A stretch of DNA of 64,000 nt from Macrostomum lignano (GCA_002269645.1 NIVC01001604.1:62001-126000), one strand, 5' to 3'; shown: positions 26,470 through 40,230, counted from the first letter of the stretch. The notes: generated by a model not told the origin, from the letters alone. Made by a program: numbers and translations.

Positions 26470-29400
26470 TCAGGTAGCCGCAGACTGGGTGCTGAGGCGG
26501 CTGATCACGCGGATGAGGGAGGTGTTGTCTGCTTTCAGCTTGCTGTTCTCCAGCCTGAGCTTGTTCAGCTCCGCCTCCGCCTGGGCGGCCTGCAAATTTG
26601 ATGGGAGATGGGAGAGGAGAGGGTAGAGATGGGAGAGGAGAGGGTAGAGATGGAAGAGGAGAGGGTAGAGATGGGAGAGGAGAGGGTAGAGATGGGAGAG
26701 GAGAGGGTAGAGATGGAAGAGGAGAGGGTAGAGATGGAAGAGGAGAGGGTAGAAATGGAAGAGGAGAGGGTAGAGATGGGAGAGGAGAGGGTAGAGATGG
26801 GAGAGGAGAGGGTAGAGATGGAAGAGGAGAGGGTAGAGATGGGAGAGGGGAGGGTAGAGATGGGAGAGGAGAGGGTAGAGATGGGAGAGGAGAGGGTAGA
26901 GATGGAAGAGGAGAGGATAGAGATGGGAGACGAGAGGGTAGAGATGGAAGAGGAGAGGGTAGAGATGGGAGAGGAGAGGGTAGAGATGGGAGAGGAGAGA
27001 GTAGAGATGGAAGAGGAGAGGGTAGAGATGAGAGAGGAGAGGGTAGAGATGGGAGAGGAGAGGGTAGAGATGGAAGAGGAGAGGGTAGAGATGGAAGAGG
27101 AGAGGGTAGAGATGGGAGAGAGAGGGTAGAGATGGAAGAGGAGAGGGTAGAGATGGGAGAGGAGAGGGCAGAGATGGGAGAGCAGAGGGTAGAGATGGAA
27201 GAGGAGAGGGTAGAGATGGGAGAGCAGAGGGTAGAGATGGAAGAGGAGAGGGTAGAGATGGGAGAGCAGAGGGTAGAGATGGAAGAGGAGAGGGTAGAGA
27301 TGGGAGAGCAGAGGGTAGAGATGGAAGAGGAGAGGGTAGAGATGGAAGAGGAGAGGGTAGAGATGGAAGAGGAGAGGGTAGAGATGGGAGAGGGGAGGGT
27401 AGAGATGGGAGAGGAGAGGGTAGAGATGGAAGAGGAGAGGGTAGAGATGGAAGAGGAGAGGATAGAGATGGGAGACGAGAGGGTAGAGATGGAAGAGGAG
27501 AGGGTAGAGATGGGAGAGGAGAGGGTAGAGATGGGAGAGGAGAGAGTAGAGATGGAAGAGGAGAGGGTAGAGATGAGAGAGGAGAGGGTAGAGATGGGAG
27601 AGGAGAGGGTAGAGATGGGAGAGGAGAGGGTAGAGATGGGAGAGGAGAGGGTAGAGATGGGAGAGGAGAGGGTAGAGATGGAAGAGGAGAGGGTAGAGAT
27701 GGGAGAGAGAGGGTAGAGATGGAAGAGGAGAGGGTAGAGATGGGAGAGGAGAGGGCAGAGATGGGAGAGCAGAGGGTAGAGATGGAAGAGGAGAGGGTAG
27801 AGATGGGAGAGCAGAGGGTAGAGATGGAAGAGGAGAGGGTAGAGATGGGAGAGGAGAGGGCAGAGATGGGAGAGCAGAGGGTAGAGATGGAAGAGGAGAG
27901 GGTAGAGATAGGAGAGCAGAGGGTAGAGATGGGAGAGGAGAGGGTAGAGATGGGAGAGGAGAGGGTAGAGATGGGAGAGGAGAGGGTAGAGATGGCGCTC
28001 AAGCGCTCAAGCCAATGCTGCAAATCCTCACCCTCTCCTGAGCCTCGTAGCCGGCCAGACTCCTGTTGATGACGGCCCGCTGCTGCAGCTGCTGCTCTTG
28101 CTGCTGCTGCTGCAGGGTTTCGAGCTCGCGCCGCATGCGGTCCATCTCCCGCCTCATCCGGCCGTTCTCCCGCTCCAGCTGCTCGGAGCGGATTTTCTCA
28201 GTCTCGAACATTCTGCGATAGTCCGTGGCCGGGGCTGCCGAGCTGCCTCCATGGAATGAATCCGGCCTGACGCGGAAGGAGCCGCTGCCACCCTGCAAGG
28301 ATTGGCTGGGGTTGCCGTCAATAAGCCCGATGCCCGAACCCGAGCTAAGCCCGCACTCAGCCCGGTTGCCGAATTTCCCCCAACTTTAAATCACTTGCAT
28401 TGGCCCGCCCCTGGCCTGACACATCTCATCCCCTGGCCTGGCACATCTTATCCCCTGGCCTGACACATCTCATCCCCTGGCCTGGCACATCTTATCCCCT
28501 GGCCTGACACATCTCATCCCCTGGCCTGGCACATCTTATCCCCTGGCCTGACACATCTCATCCCCTGGCCTGGCACATCTTATCCCCTGGCCTGACACAT
28601 CTCATCCCCTGGCCTGGCACATCTTATCCCCTGGCCTGACACATCTCATCCCCTGGCCTGACACATCTCATCCCCTGGCCTGACACATCTCATCCCCTGG
28701 CCTGACACATCTCATCCCCTGGCCTGACACATCTCATCCCCTAGCCTGACACATCTCATCCCCTGGCCTGACACATCTCATCCCCTGGCCTGACACATCT
28801 CATCCCCTCGCCTGACGCACAAAATCCCACCAAACTAATACCATTCAGAGCTCTGCCATTTCCAATTGATCCCCTATCCAACAACTGCCACGTGCCACCC
28901 AGCCCAGCGCACCTCTTCAGTCCGGCTCGGCCAGGCAGACGCAGTCGTGGTAGCAGCCGGAGGCTCCTCGGAGCCCGCCGCCAAACCGGCTTTGCTGACT
29001 GCGGCAGACGACTGCTGCTCGTCAGCGGCAGCGGGCGGTTGGTTGTCCACGGAGTCGGCGGGCGCCGCCCGGGAAGCCATCAGCTTCCGCGCCTGCTCCA
29101 CTTCGTCTGGGGTGACGCCCTGCGTCAGCCGCTTTGTGGCGCGATTGTGGCGCGAAATCCGGCGCCGCTCGGTCTCGGACTCCTCCGCCTTCTCCTTCTC
29201 CATGATGACGGACACACGCCGGTGCGAGGCCGCGGCCGGCGGCTGCCGCTGCGGCGACAGGGAGCTGCGGCTGCCGTTCTGGTCTGAAGCCACGGGCGCC
29301 ACCACCGAGTTGGCGAGCCGACCGCCTGCCGTGCCGCGCAGCCGCTCGAGTCGGTCCGCTGGCGCCTCCTGCTGGGACAGCCGGCTGCCGGCTGGCGGCT

Positions 29401-32400
29401 CCGTCTGCGGATTTTGGGGGTTGGGGAAGGCCTGAGGTCAGGGGGTTGGGGAGGCCTGAGGTCAGGGGGTTGGGGAAGGCCTGAGGTCAGGAGGTTGGGG
29501 AAGGCCTGAGGTCAGGGGGTTGAGGAAAGCCTGAGGTCAGGGGGTTGGGGAAGGCCTGAGGTCAGGGGGTTGAGGAAAGCCTGAGGTCAGGGGGTTGGGG
29601 AAAGCCTGAGGTCAGGGGGTTGGGGAAAGCCTGAGGTCAGGGGGTTGGGGAAAGCCTGAGGTCAGGGGGTTGGGGAAAGCCTGAGGTCAGGGGGTTGGGG
29701 AAGGCCTGAGGTCAGGGGGTTGAGGAAAGCCTGAGGTCAGGGGGTTGGGGAGGCCTGAGGTCAGGGGTTGGGGAAGGCCTGAGGTCAGGAGGTTGGGGAA
29801 GGCCTGAGGTCAGGGGGTTGAGGAAAGCCTGAGGTCAGGGGGTTGGGAAGGCCTGAGGTCAGGGGGTTGAGGAAAGCCTGAGGTCAGGGGGTTGGGGAAA
29901 GCCTGAGGTCAGGGGGTTGGGGAAAGCCTGAGGTCAGGGGGTTGGGGAAAGCCTGAGGTCAGGGGGTTGGGGAAAGCCTGAGGTCAGGGGGTTGGGGAAG
30001 GCCTGAGGTCAGGGGGTTGGGATGGCCTGAGGTCAGGGGGTTGGGGAAAGCCTGAGGTCAGGGGGTTGGGGAAAGCCTGAGGTCAGGGGTTGGGGATGGC
30101 CTGAGCCCTGAGGTCAGGGGGTCGAGAAGAGGGCGAGGTATGGCAACGGGGGCAATGACCACACGTGCAGTCGGACTCACCTTGGGAAACACCAGCGGAT
30201 TATTCAAGGAGGCCGATAGCCCGACACTGCCGGAAGCCGGCTTTGTCCCGCCAGCCGCGGACGAAGACATGGTCAAAGCGTCGGCCGCTGACCGGACGCG
30301 ACCGCCGCCGATGCCCGCCCTGGCCTGAGGCTGGGTATTCTGCCTGACTGCCACCGATGAGGAGCTGCCAGTTGAAGAAGTCTCCTGAAGGCTCTCCATG
30401 CGGGTGAGAATGCTCTGCAGGTTGGGACATAACCAGGTGGGAAAATAATGACGCCAGACACAGACACCAGGGATGGTCTGACACAGACACCAGGGATGGG
30501 TCTGACACAGGGATCAGGGATGGGTCTGACACAGGGATCAGGGATGGTCTGACACAGGGATTAGAGATGGTCTGACACAGGGATTAGGGATGGGTCTGAC
30601 ACAGGGATCAGGGATGGGTCTGACACAGGGATTAGGGATGGGTCTGACACAGGGATCAGGGATGGGTCTGACACAGGGATCAGGGATGGGTCTGACACAG
30701 GGATCAGGGATGGGTCTGACACAGGGATTAGGGATGGGTCTGACACAGGGATCAGGGATGGGTCTGACACAGGGATCAGGGATGGGTCTGACACAGGGAT
30801 TAGAGATGGTCTGACACAGGGATTAGGGATGGGTCTGACACAGGGATCAGGGATGGGTCTGACACAGGGATTAGGGATGGGTCTGACACAGGGATCAGGG
30901 ATGGTCTGACACAGGGATTAGAGATGGTCTGACACAGGGATTAGGGATGGGTCTGACACAGGGATCAGGGATGGGTCTGACACAGGGATTAGGGATGGGT
31001 CTGACACAGGGATCAGGGATGGGTCTGACACAGGGATTAGGGATGGGTCTGACACAGGGATCAGGGATGGTCTGACACAGGGATCAGGGATGGGTCTGAC
31101 ACAGGGATTAGGGATGGGTCTGACACAGGGATCAGGGATGGGTCTGACACAGGGATTAGGGATGGGTCTGACACAGGGATCAGGGATGGGTCTGACACAG
31201 GGATCAGGGATGGGTCTGACACAGGGATCAGGGATGGGTCTGACACAGGGATTAGGGATGGGTCTGACACAGGGATTAGGGATGGGTCTGACACAGGGAT
31301 CAGGGATGGGTCTGACACAGGGATCAGGGATGGGTCTGACACAGGGATTAGGGATGGGTCTGACACAGGAATCAGGGATGGGTCTGACACAGGGATCAGG
31401 GATGGGTCTGACACAGGGATTAGGGATGGGTCTGACACAGGGATTAGGGATGGGTCTGACACAGGGATTAGGGATGGGTCTGACACAGGGATCAGGGATG
31501 GGTCTGACACAGGGATTAGGGATGGGTCTGACACAGGGATCAGGGATGGGTCTGACACAGGGATCAGGGATGGGTCTGACACAGGGATCAGGGATGGGTC
31601 TGACACAGGGATCAGGGATGGGTCTGACACAGGGATCAGGGATGGGTCTGACACAGGGATCAGGGATGGGTCTGACACAGGGATCAGGGATGGGTCTGAC
31701 ACAGGGATCAGGGATGGGTCTGACACAGGGATCAGGGATGGGTCTGACACAGGGATCAGGGATGGGTCTGACACAGGGATCAGGGATGGGTCTGACACAG
31801 GGATCAGGGATGGGTCTGACACAGGGATCAGGGATGGGTCTGACACAGGGATCAGGGATGGGTCTGACACAGGGATCAGGGATGGGTCTGACACAGGGAT
31901 CAGGGATGAACCAGAACATTCAGCTGTCAATATTGCTTGGACAGGGCGCAAGAAAAACCGCTCGTATTTTAGAGGCTCGAGAAAGCTATTGATCGCATTT
32001 CGAAGAAAGCATTACTAAGCGAAACGATTGTCGTTAGAGAGGCCAGAAAGTACACAGTGCTTCAGGCTGACTAGCTAAAAGTACATTTAGAGTTAAGGAT
32101 TTGCTAAGACTACTGGATTTTAGACAGGACAATCCGATTACATTGAATTTAGTTCAGAAACGGTGTACGAGTATTGCAAGAGTAACCATTTCTAGACAAG
32201 TATAACAGTGAAAAATGAACAAAATATGTGCGGCCGAATCAGTTCTCTACAGAAACTACCGAGCATTCAAAGACACTGTCAAACTACCGTACTTACTCTG
32301 ACTACCCACACCCTACCATACCTACTCTGACTACCCAACACCCTACCATACCTACTCTGACTACCCCACACCCTACCATACCTACTCTGACTACCCCACA

Positions 32401-35400
32401 CCCTACCATACCTACTCTGACTACCCCACACCCTACCATACCTACTCTGACTACCCCACACCCTACCATACCTACTCTGACTACCCACACCCTACCATAC
32501 CTACTCTGACTACCCAACACCCTACCATACCTACTCTGACTACCCCACACCCTACCATACCTACTCTGACTACCCCACACCCTACCATACCTACTCTGAC
32601 TACCCCACACCCTACCATACCTACTCTGACTACCCCACACCCTACCATACCCACTCTGACTACCCCACACCCTACCGTACCTACTCTGACTACCCCACAC
32701 CCTACCATACCTACTCTGACTACCCCACACCCTACCATACCTACTCTGACTACCCCACACCCTACCATACCTACTCTGACTACCCACACCCTAACATACC
32801 TACTCTGACTACACACAGACTAACATACCTACTCTGACTACCCCACACCCTACCATACCTACTCTGACTACCCACACCCTAACATACCTACTCTGACTAC
32901 CCCACACCCTACCATACCTACTCTGACTACCACACACCCTACCATACCTACTCTGACTACCCACACCCTACCATACCTACTCTGACTACCCCACACCCTA
33001 CCATACCTACTCTAACTACCACACACCCTACCATACCTACTTGACTATCAAAACTGCTGTCTACACCAGACCCTACCTTAAATGCATGGTTTAACTATAA
33101 GACAGCCAAATTCCTACATGCTGAAAGGCCCAAAACGCAGACTGGTAGTCTGGGATAGAAAGAAAGTTTTCACTACAAAGAACAGCTGATCAGGAAACAG
33201 GCAACAAACAAATGGCGATGCAAAACTCATCAAACGAATGCATGCGAAAATGCACCTGAACTTCGTACACATGTAATAAAAGCACCATGTATACAATATT
33301 AGTGCAGTGCATAGTACTGGTTGTCAAGGAAACTCGAGAGGCCTGCTGGTCACTTACATCCTCGGGCACAGTTTGCACTGGCGTGGCCTGAGCGAAATAG
33401 GGGAATTCTGAGTATAATGCCTGGCGACTGCGTTTAAATAGTGTTACTGGGCAGTGCCTCATTGCGTGCGTTCATGATGCAGGAGGATCAGTGAGGCTGG
33501 CCCAGCAACTGAGGATCTGGGAGGCTGGCCCAGCAACTGAGGGTCTGGGAGGCTGGCCCAGCAACTGAAGGTCTGGGAGGCTGGCCCAGCAACTGACACT
33601 CTGGGAGGCTGGACCAGCAACTGAGGGTATGGGAGGCTGGCCCAGCAACTGAGGATCTGGGAGGGTGGCCCAGCAACTGACACTCTGGGAGGCTGGACCA
33701 GCAACTGAGGGTCTGGGAGGCTGGCCCAGCAACTGAGGGTCTGGGAGGCTGGCCCAGCAACTGAGGGTCTGGGAGGCTGGCCCAGCAACTGAAGGTCAGG
33801 AAGGCTGGACCAGCAACTGAGGGTTTGGGAGGCTGGCCCAGCAACTGAGGGTCTGGGAGGCTGGCCCAGCAACTGAGGGTCAGGAAGGCTGGACCAGCAA
33901 CTGTGGGTCTGGGAGGCTGGACCAGCAACTGAGGGTCAGGAAGGCTGGACCAGCAACTGTGGGTCTGGGAGGCTGGCCCAGCAACTGAAGATCTGGGAGG
34001 CTGCCCCACCAACTGAGGATCTGGGAGGCTGGCCCAGCAACTGAAGATCTGGAAGGCTGCCCCACCAACTGAGGGTCTGGGAGGCTGGCCCAGCAACTGA
34101 GGGTCTGGGAGGCTGGCCCAGCAACTGAGGGTCTGGGAGGGTGGCCCAGCAACTGAAGATCTGGGAGGCTGGCCCAGCAACTGAGGGTCTGGGAGGCTGG
34201 CCCAGCAACTGAGGGTCTGGGAGGGTGGCCCAGCAACTGAAGATCTGGGAGCCTGGCCCAGCAAATTAAGATCTGGGAGGCTGGCCCAGCAACTGAAGAT
34301 CTGGGAGGCTGCCCCACCAACTGAGGATCTGGGAGGCTGGCCCAGCAACTGAAGATCTAGGAGGCTGCCCCACCAACTGAGGATCTGGGAGAGTGAAGAT
34401 CAAAGCCAAGCAGTGAATCGGCACTCCTGAGAAATCCAATAAAACCAAACTGTCCCGGCGGTGCTCACCCGAACTTTGCTCCTACTCGTCTGTGCTTCCG
34501 TCGCCGAGTCAGGCGCGGACGGGGCGGCCGCTGAGCCCGCGGGGATGATTTCTATCCGGCGCTTCGCCGACACAACACCAGAGGCCGGCGACGAAGACGA
34601 AGCGACTGAAGTTGGCGCAGGCGACTGACTGGCTGGAAGAGGCGGCGGAGGCTGCGACGGCGGAGGCGGCGACTCAGAGGTCGTTGTGATAACGAAGCCC
34701 GGAGGTGACGGGGTGGGCCGCCTCTGCTGCAGCTGCTGCCTGGCTTCGGCAGTCGACTTGCGGAGCTCGTCATCCGAGCTCAGCGACTCGCTGGAGGCCA
34801 GCGGCGACCTGCCCGGCGGCGCCACCGCTGAAGTCGCCGCGGCGGCAGTTGGCAATCCCGCCGATTGTGTGGTTGCCGGGGCGACGGCGTTGCCTTGCAA
34901 CAGCTTCTCGGGGTGCTTCTCCTGTTCGGCGCCCTTCAGGGTCAGGTCGTGCCGCTCCGACTGAGGCAGCCGCGTCACCGAGCTCCTGGCGGACAGGGAG
35001 GGGGCGAAGGCTGCTGAGTGATGGGCTGAGGGGGATGGCAGGGACAGGCTGCTGAGTGATGGGCTGAGGGGGATGGCGGAGACAGGCTGCTGAGTGATGG
35101 GCTGAGGGGGATGGCGGAGACAGGCTGCTGAGTGAGGGGCTGAGGGGGATGGCGGAGACAGGCTGCTGAGTGAGGGGCTGAGGGGGATGGCGGAGACAGG
35201 CTGCTGAGTGAGGGGCTGAGGGGGATGGCGGAGACAGGCTGCTGAGTGAGGGGCTGAGGGGGATGGCGGAGACAGGCTGCTGAGTGAGGGGCTGAGGGGG
35301 ATGGCGGACAGGCTGCTGAGTGAGGGGCTGAGGGGGATGGCGGACAGGCTGCTGAGTGAGGGGCTGATGGGATGGCGGAGACAGGCATTAAACAAAGTAT

Positions 35401-38400
35401 TTTAAAGCCCATCAGATTCGGACAACTTGCTCTGAAAAAAATTAGCAAAGCTGATGCTAGCTGTGCTCAGACTGACTGCTGGCTTCATGTGACTTTGTGC
35501 ACGCAATCGAGACAGGCTTTGACTAAAGAAGAACATGCTTTGTGTAATATATGAGAATCACGCGCCTAAAGGCCAGTAGTCTAAAATACGATTGTGTCAA
35601 CTAGTTAAACCCAATGTGCTAGATGCCAGCAGGAAGGCAATGAACACGGAAACAGGAAAACACCAACAAAACGGCAGAACAGAAATCCCGAACTGCTAAA
35701 TGCGAGTTCAATCGGGGAACACGCGACAGGATTTAGCAAAATCAGAAATCAGCGCGTATAGACAGGAAATACACAGACAGCCCTAGCAACAAACTTTTTC
35801 TGGGCTGCAGCAGATCCAACTTGCGAAACAATTTCGCTGCTGAAAATATTAAATAAAAACAGATCATATAAATAGATAATAAATAGTCAGCTAAATCCCT
35901 AACCAGAACTGAGTTAGTCACAAAGCAACTGAGCTCACCGTCTCATCGAGTGCGCGCGACCCTCTTCCACTTTCAGAGTGGAAATAACGGGAGCTGGGCG
36001 CTTCATCACTTTCTCCTGCATTATCTGCAATATAAAAGCGGACAATACTACTCAGTCAATTCAACAGTAGAGTAGAAAGGACATGCATTGGGAGAATTTT
36101 ATACTATAACAGCATAAACAGTCCGCGCGCTGCTCACCTCGCGCTGTTTAACTTTGAGTTCCTCGAGCAGCGGCTTAACGGACTCGTCGGCAAGATCAAA
36201 GACCGTTTGGTTCTGCGGTGACAGTTCGAGAGTTTAAATTGCGATTTGCTGAGAATGCGTACTTACGACTGCTAGCATCGGTCACCGACTGCGATAAAAT
36301 AATTTCCGCTTGAGAGATGGCGAGGCTTTTTTTATTTTAGCTTACAGTCATAGTTACTCCTGCCTGACACTTGCGGAGTTGCTCGTTACTAATAAGATGG
36401 CGAAGAATTTGTATATATAACAACAGCCATAGTGACTCCCGCCTGACACTTACAGCATTGGTCAGCGCCTCCATGTTGGTCCCATTGGCCACCAGCATCC
36501 GACAGGCCTCGGCCTGGCCCCAGTGCGCGGCAGCGTGCAGTGCAGTCCAACCGTCGTTATCGACAGCTTCCAGCGGCACGCCGGGACAGAGCAGCAGCTC
36601 AGCCAGAGCCTGCTGGTAGCCCTTGGCGGCGGCCACGTGCAGCGGCCCGGCGTTGGCGACAGGATCGCGCAGGTCGCGGTAGCGCCCGGCCCGCCGCCAC
36701 TCGATGGCGTCCGCCAGCATCGCGGCAGCCTCGGCGTTGCGAGCGGCGGCCTCTTCGACATCCGGCAGGCCGGTGCGCAGCAGGTTGCGCATCTCGGACT
36801 GTTCAGCGACATCGACTGGTAGGTCGCCATCGCTGTTCGCGGAAGTCAGCGAGGCGCCCCGCTTGATGAGGTACTTGGCGATCTCCGTGTGGCCGCCAAG
36901 CGCCGTGGCGTGCAGCGGCGTCCAGCCCTCCTTGTCGCGGGCGTGCAGGTCCGCGCCGTGCTCGCAGAGGAAGCGGACCAGCTCCAGCTTATTGTCGATG
37001 CATGCCTAGCAAATGAGTTATGGGAAGAAGCTGCGGGAGATTTGCCTACTGACAGCAGTAGAGAGTATGGAGTATGAATGCTCACATGCATGGGCAAAGC
37101 ATTAACAACAATCTGTTTCAACTGATCTGACATGTGGGCATGACTGAGTTGCCAGGCCAAAATTTATCAGTTCTAGCTTAGTCACACTTGATTCTATTGC
37201 TAGTACTCATAGTTAGCAGCAGTGTGCCATGGAGTTTTATGTATCTAAATGCACTATGCATATGTGACACTCTGGGTTTTCAAGCATCAGAATTGAATTT
37301 AGCCTTTTGGGTCCGAATTCAGGGTGGTAAACTGAAAACCAATATGCCAAAACCAAAATATTAAAATTTCTATTCTATTACTTTATATTGTTGATCCTCT
37401 CTAAACTGCAAAAACATTTAAATATTTATTGAGCAACAAAAATTTGCATTAAGAATTTTTGTTATTAATAATTATAGTCTATAATGTACCTAGAATTAGG
37501 AGTTTTTCAAACTTTTATAAAATTATTAATGCTTTATTTTTTGGGAAGATTATTCAATTTTTTTGTTGAAATAGAAATTTGCCCAATGCACTTGGTATAT
37601 ATGTAGCACTTACTTAACTAAGCCAATCTAGCTAGGTAAGGAGTAGGGGTTGGACAATATTGAATTTTTGAGATTCAATATTTTTTGACAATACAATATA
37701 ATATGGGATTCAATTAAGATTTAAGATATTTAATTAAATTAAAACAAAGCTAAAAACTGAAAAAAGCACTTTTCTTTGTATAACTTTTTATAGATTTAAA
37801 AAACAAATTTGAACTTTGTGCACTTTTATTAAATATCACAACTTTGAGTTTATAAAAATATGGAAATTTTTAGGTGTATTATTTTTCAAACAAAGCTAAA
37901 TCCCTTAATATGGATGATACTAAATGAGTTGATTTTGTGTCTAGGTAATATATGCTATATTCTGAAGATAAGTATTCAACCTAGGGCTCTTTATTTTACT
38001 TTATTTTATATCTCAGATTCTTGGCACTTTTTTAAAGTTGATATTCAATTGTGAAAAGTCAAAATCTTGAATATAATAGGATTTGTTTTATGCATTGAAC
38101 ATAAAAAACCATTTCACTATTTTTATGGTCACTATAACAATAACTACTTTATTTAATATTAGCTATTGGCATTGTCATTAGGCCTACCAAAAATATTCTT
38201 TGTGCTTACACTTCCTAATCTTAATCTGTATAAGCCTAAATAATGCCAATAATAGTTAGAGCTAATAGCATTTTCCACATACCTGATGCAATGCTGTTAA
38301 TCCATCAATATTGCTGGTATTAATGTCAACTTTATCTTCTTGCAATAGCCTAGTAATCTCATCAAAATCTGATGAACTACATGCTGCAAGAAAAGCTATT

Positions 38401-38537
38401 TCAAACTGAAATTTGACTTTCTGTTGAGATCGCATTTTCGACGATGCTTTATTTGTTTCTGAAGCTTCCCATGTGCGAACTTGCTCACGCCTGCTGTGCA
38501 CATTTTTTGTGAGGGAAGCAGCAGGAGGCCGCTCCAT
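26470..38537 (-). CDS. PPP1R12A: Myosin phosphatase targeting subunit (MYPT1/Mbs, PPP1R12 family), 10 coding exons
   Basis: Exons 38537-38283, 37005-36454, 36212-36138, 36024-35939, 34985-34469, 33387-33358, 30414-30181, 29404-28913, 28292-28032, 26589-26470 with consistent phases. It has the MyPhoNE-like RREQVRTWEASET, the RVxF motif KVKF, ankyrin repeats (DGLTALHQACID, EGWTPLHA, LHVAAAKGY, GWTALHAAAHWG), the inhibitory site KRLTQGVT and a C-terminal zipper LKADNTSLIRVISRL. Confidence 0.93.
26605..27992 (+). repeat. 21-bp purine-rich minisatellite, MYPT last intron
   Basis: Unit gagggtagagatgggagagga. Confidence 0.96.
28408..28815 (+). repeat. 22-bp minisatellite, MYPT intron 8
   Basis: Unit cccctggcctgacacatctcat. 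Confidence 0.94.
29415..30120 (+). repeat. 25-bp G-rich minisatellite, MYPT intron 7
   Basis: Unit ctgaggtcagggggttggggaaagc. Confidence 0.94.
30455..31908 (+). repeat. 24-bp minisatellite, MYPT intron 6
   Basis: Unit gggatgggtctgacacagggatca. Confidence 0.96.
32290..33045 (+). repeat. 30-bp minisatellite, MYPT intron 6
   Basis: Unit ctaccatacctactctgactaccccacacc. Confidence 0.95.
33490..34392 (-). repeat. 28-bp minisatellite, family A, inverted copy, MYPT intron 5
   Basis: The + strand unit ggaggctggcccagcaactgaggatctg is the reverse complement of family A. Confidence 0.93.
34995..35385 (+). repeat. 38-bp minisatellite, MYPT intron 4
   Basis: Unit gctgagtgaggggctgagggggatggcggagacaggct. 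Confidence 0.93.
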
Positions 38538-39699
38538 GATTTTAATAATAAAATAACACCAACAGGCTTAGAGTTAGGCCTAGAATCGTTAGATGCTAAA
38601 AAATAACATCGGCTGAAGTTAGGAAAAATAGAGTTTTGATTTTTTATACAATAGGACACTAAACCTTTAACACCAGGGGTAAACTTTTAAGTCTAGCTCT
38701 GTTAAATTTTACTAGGCCTACCTACAGGACATTCGACCAAAGTGATAAGATCGACCACGAACCACCTTGTCCTTGACTTTCCTCTCAGTATCAAAATAAG
38801 GTTTATTATTAATTTCTTGATAAGTACAAAGAATTAGCAGAACTATACTAATGTAGGCCTATAAATAAAGAATAACGGTTCAATTCACTGCACAATGATC
38901 CCATATCCATGCACTCATGCAGACTGACTTAAGTGACTGAATTAGGAGGAATTGAAACTAACTTTCTATGAAAATAGAGAATGGTTTCTTTTGATATTCA
39001 CTTTTGATACAACTTTATAATAATAGCTGTAAAAACAAGCAGTATAAATATAAAAAGATTTGTGTATACCATTACAGAAAGTCCTTATCGATAAAACTAT
39101 TTGTTAGACTAATTCATTCTATATTTAATTTTCGCGTGAAATATATTTGACTTTGCTGACCGCGACGAACGGTCCTACTGCCACGCGCTCGCGGCTCCGC
39201 TCGATGAGCTATAGTAAATTAGTAATAGCGCTAGACTAGTCCAGCTAAGCTATAATAATTGATTAATATTCTGTAATATTAGTAATTAGTAGGCCTAGGG
39301 GGGCTTACTAATGACGTGACACACTGGGAAGTATCGGAGGCCATATTTTAATTTAGAACAGGCATCGCTTTTTACCCCCAACTTTTCACCCCCGACTGAC
39401 AATGACAACATGCTGTCAAATATTATTTTTTGGTCGGTATCCCTAGCCTACCAGCTACCCTATCTTTAACTTGAATAAAATTTAAAGAAATCCAAAAATC
39501 AACATGTGTTTTTTTCGACGCGTTTAGGCGTTTTGCACACCAAGGTGCTTCGTCAGGTGGGCCTATATTGTTTGAAACGAAAGGTGTGAGTAAGCGAATT
39601 TATTTGTCAATGAAACGTATGTAGCTGGTGAGTGAGCACTGGTTACAACAAGGTCAGTGCTCTCTCACTCAGAATACACGGAGAACATGGCCTGCACCA

Positions 39700-40230
39700 C
39701 TCACTGTGTTGGAGTTGTGTATTAAGGGTGGGTGACTGGTTTTTTTAGGTACAAGTGATGCCTTGTAATCAGATGGGCTTGTGATCAGATGGGCAATTGA
39801 TGGATGATTTTAAAATGTTCTTCAGGTATACAATTAGAGCAGCTGTTACATTCCAAAAGGTAGGTTTGGATGTCTGACAGTTTGAGCCAGTGCTTCCTGG
39901 TTCTAGTGTGTAGATGTCTTTTGGTTTTCCCCATGTAGGAGATGCTCTGGTCAACAGAGCTGTTGAAACAGTAAACAACACCTATACATAGAGCACAGGG
40001 AACACGTGACTTTAACTGACCGACAAAACTGCCAACTTTGGAAAAGCAGAAAATAACACAAATTTGGCTATTGAAAGAGTTGAGGAATAATTTGCAAATC
40101 CTGTTTTTGAAAGTGAGAGGATGGCCAAAGAAAGGGAGAATGAGGGTTGGTTCACTAAGGTCAATGTGGTCCAAACAATATTTGATGATGGCATCATCAC
40201 GATGCACCTTGGTGTGCAAAATGCATAAAA
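39700..40230 (-). mobile_element. Degenerate 3' fragment of a Penelope-like retroelement (GIY-YIG endonuclease region)
   Basis: Translation LILPFFGH..LKSRVPCALCIGVVYCF..SYMGKTKRHLHTR..LLECNSC..HFKII, then after a frame break LYLKNQSPTLNTQ. This fits the PLE pattern VVY..YIGKTKRHL.TR..EH..C..C..P.LN. No RT domain is seen. Confidence 0.75.

Noticed and set aside
25225-28023. Long ORFs (RYNERWNKRV)n, (LFHLSLYLTL)n, (EMGEERV)n
   Set aside because: They are products of 30- and 21-bp units divisible by 3, open on both strands, with no coding context.
30561-32816. Mucin- or collagen-like repeat ORFs (MGLTQGSG, PIPDPCVR, VVRVGMVGCG)
   Set aside because: They are intronic minisatellite translations within MYPT intron 6.
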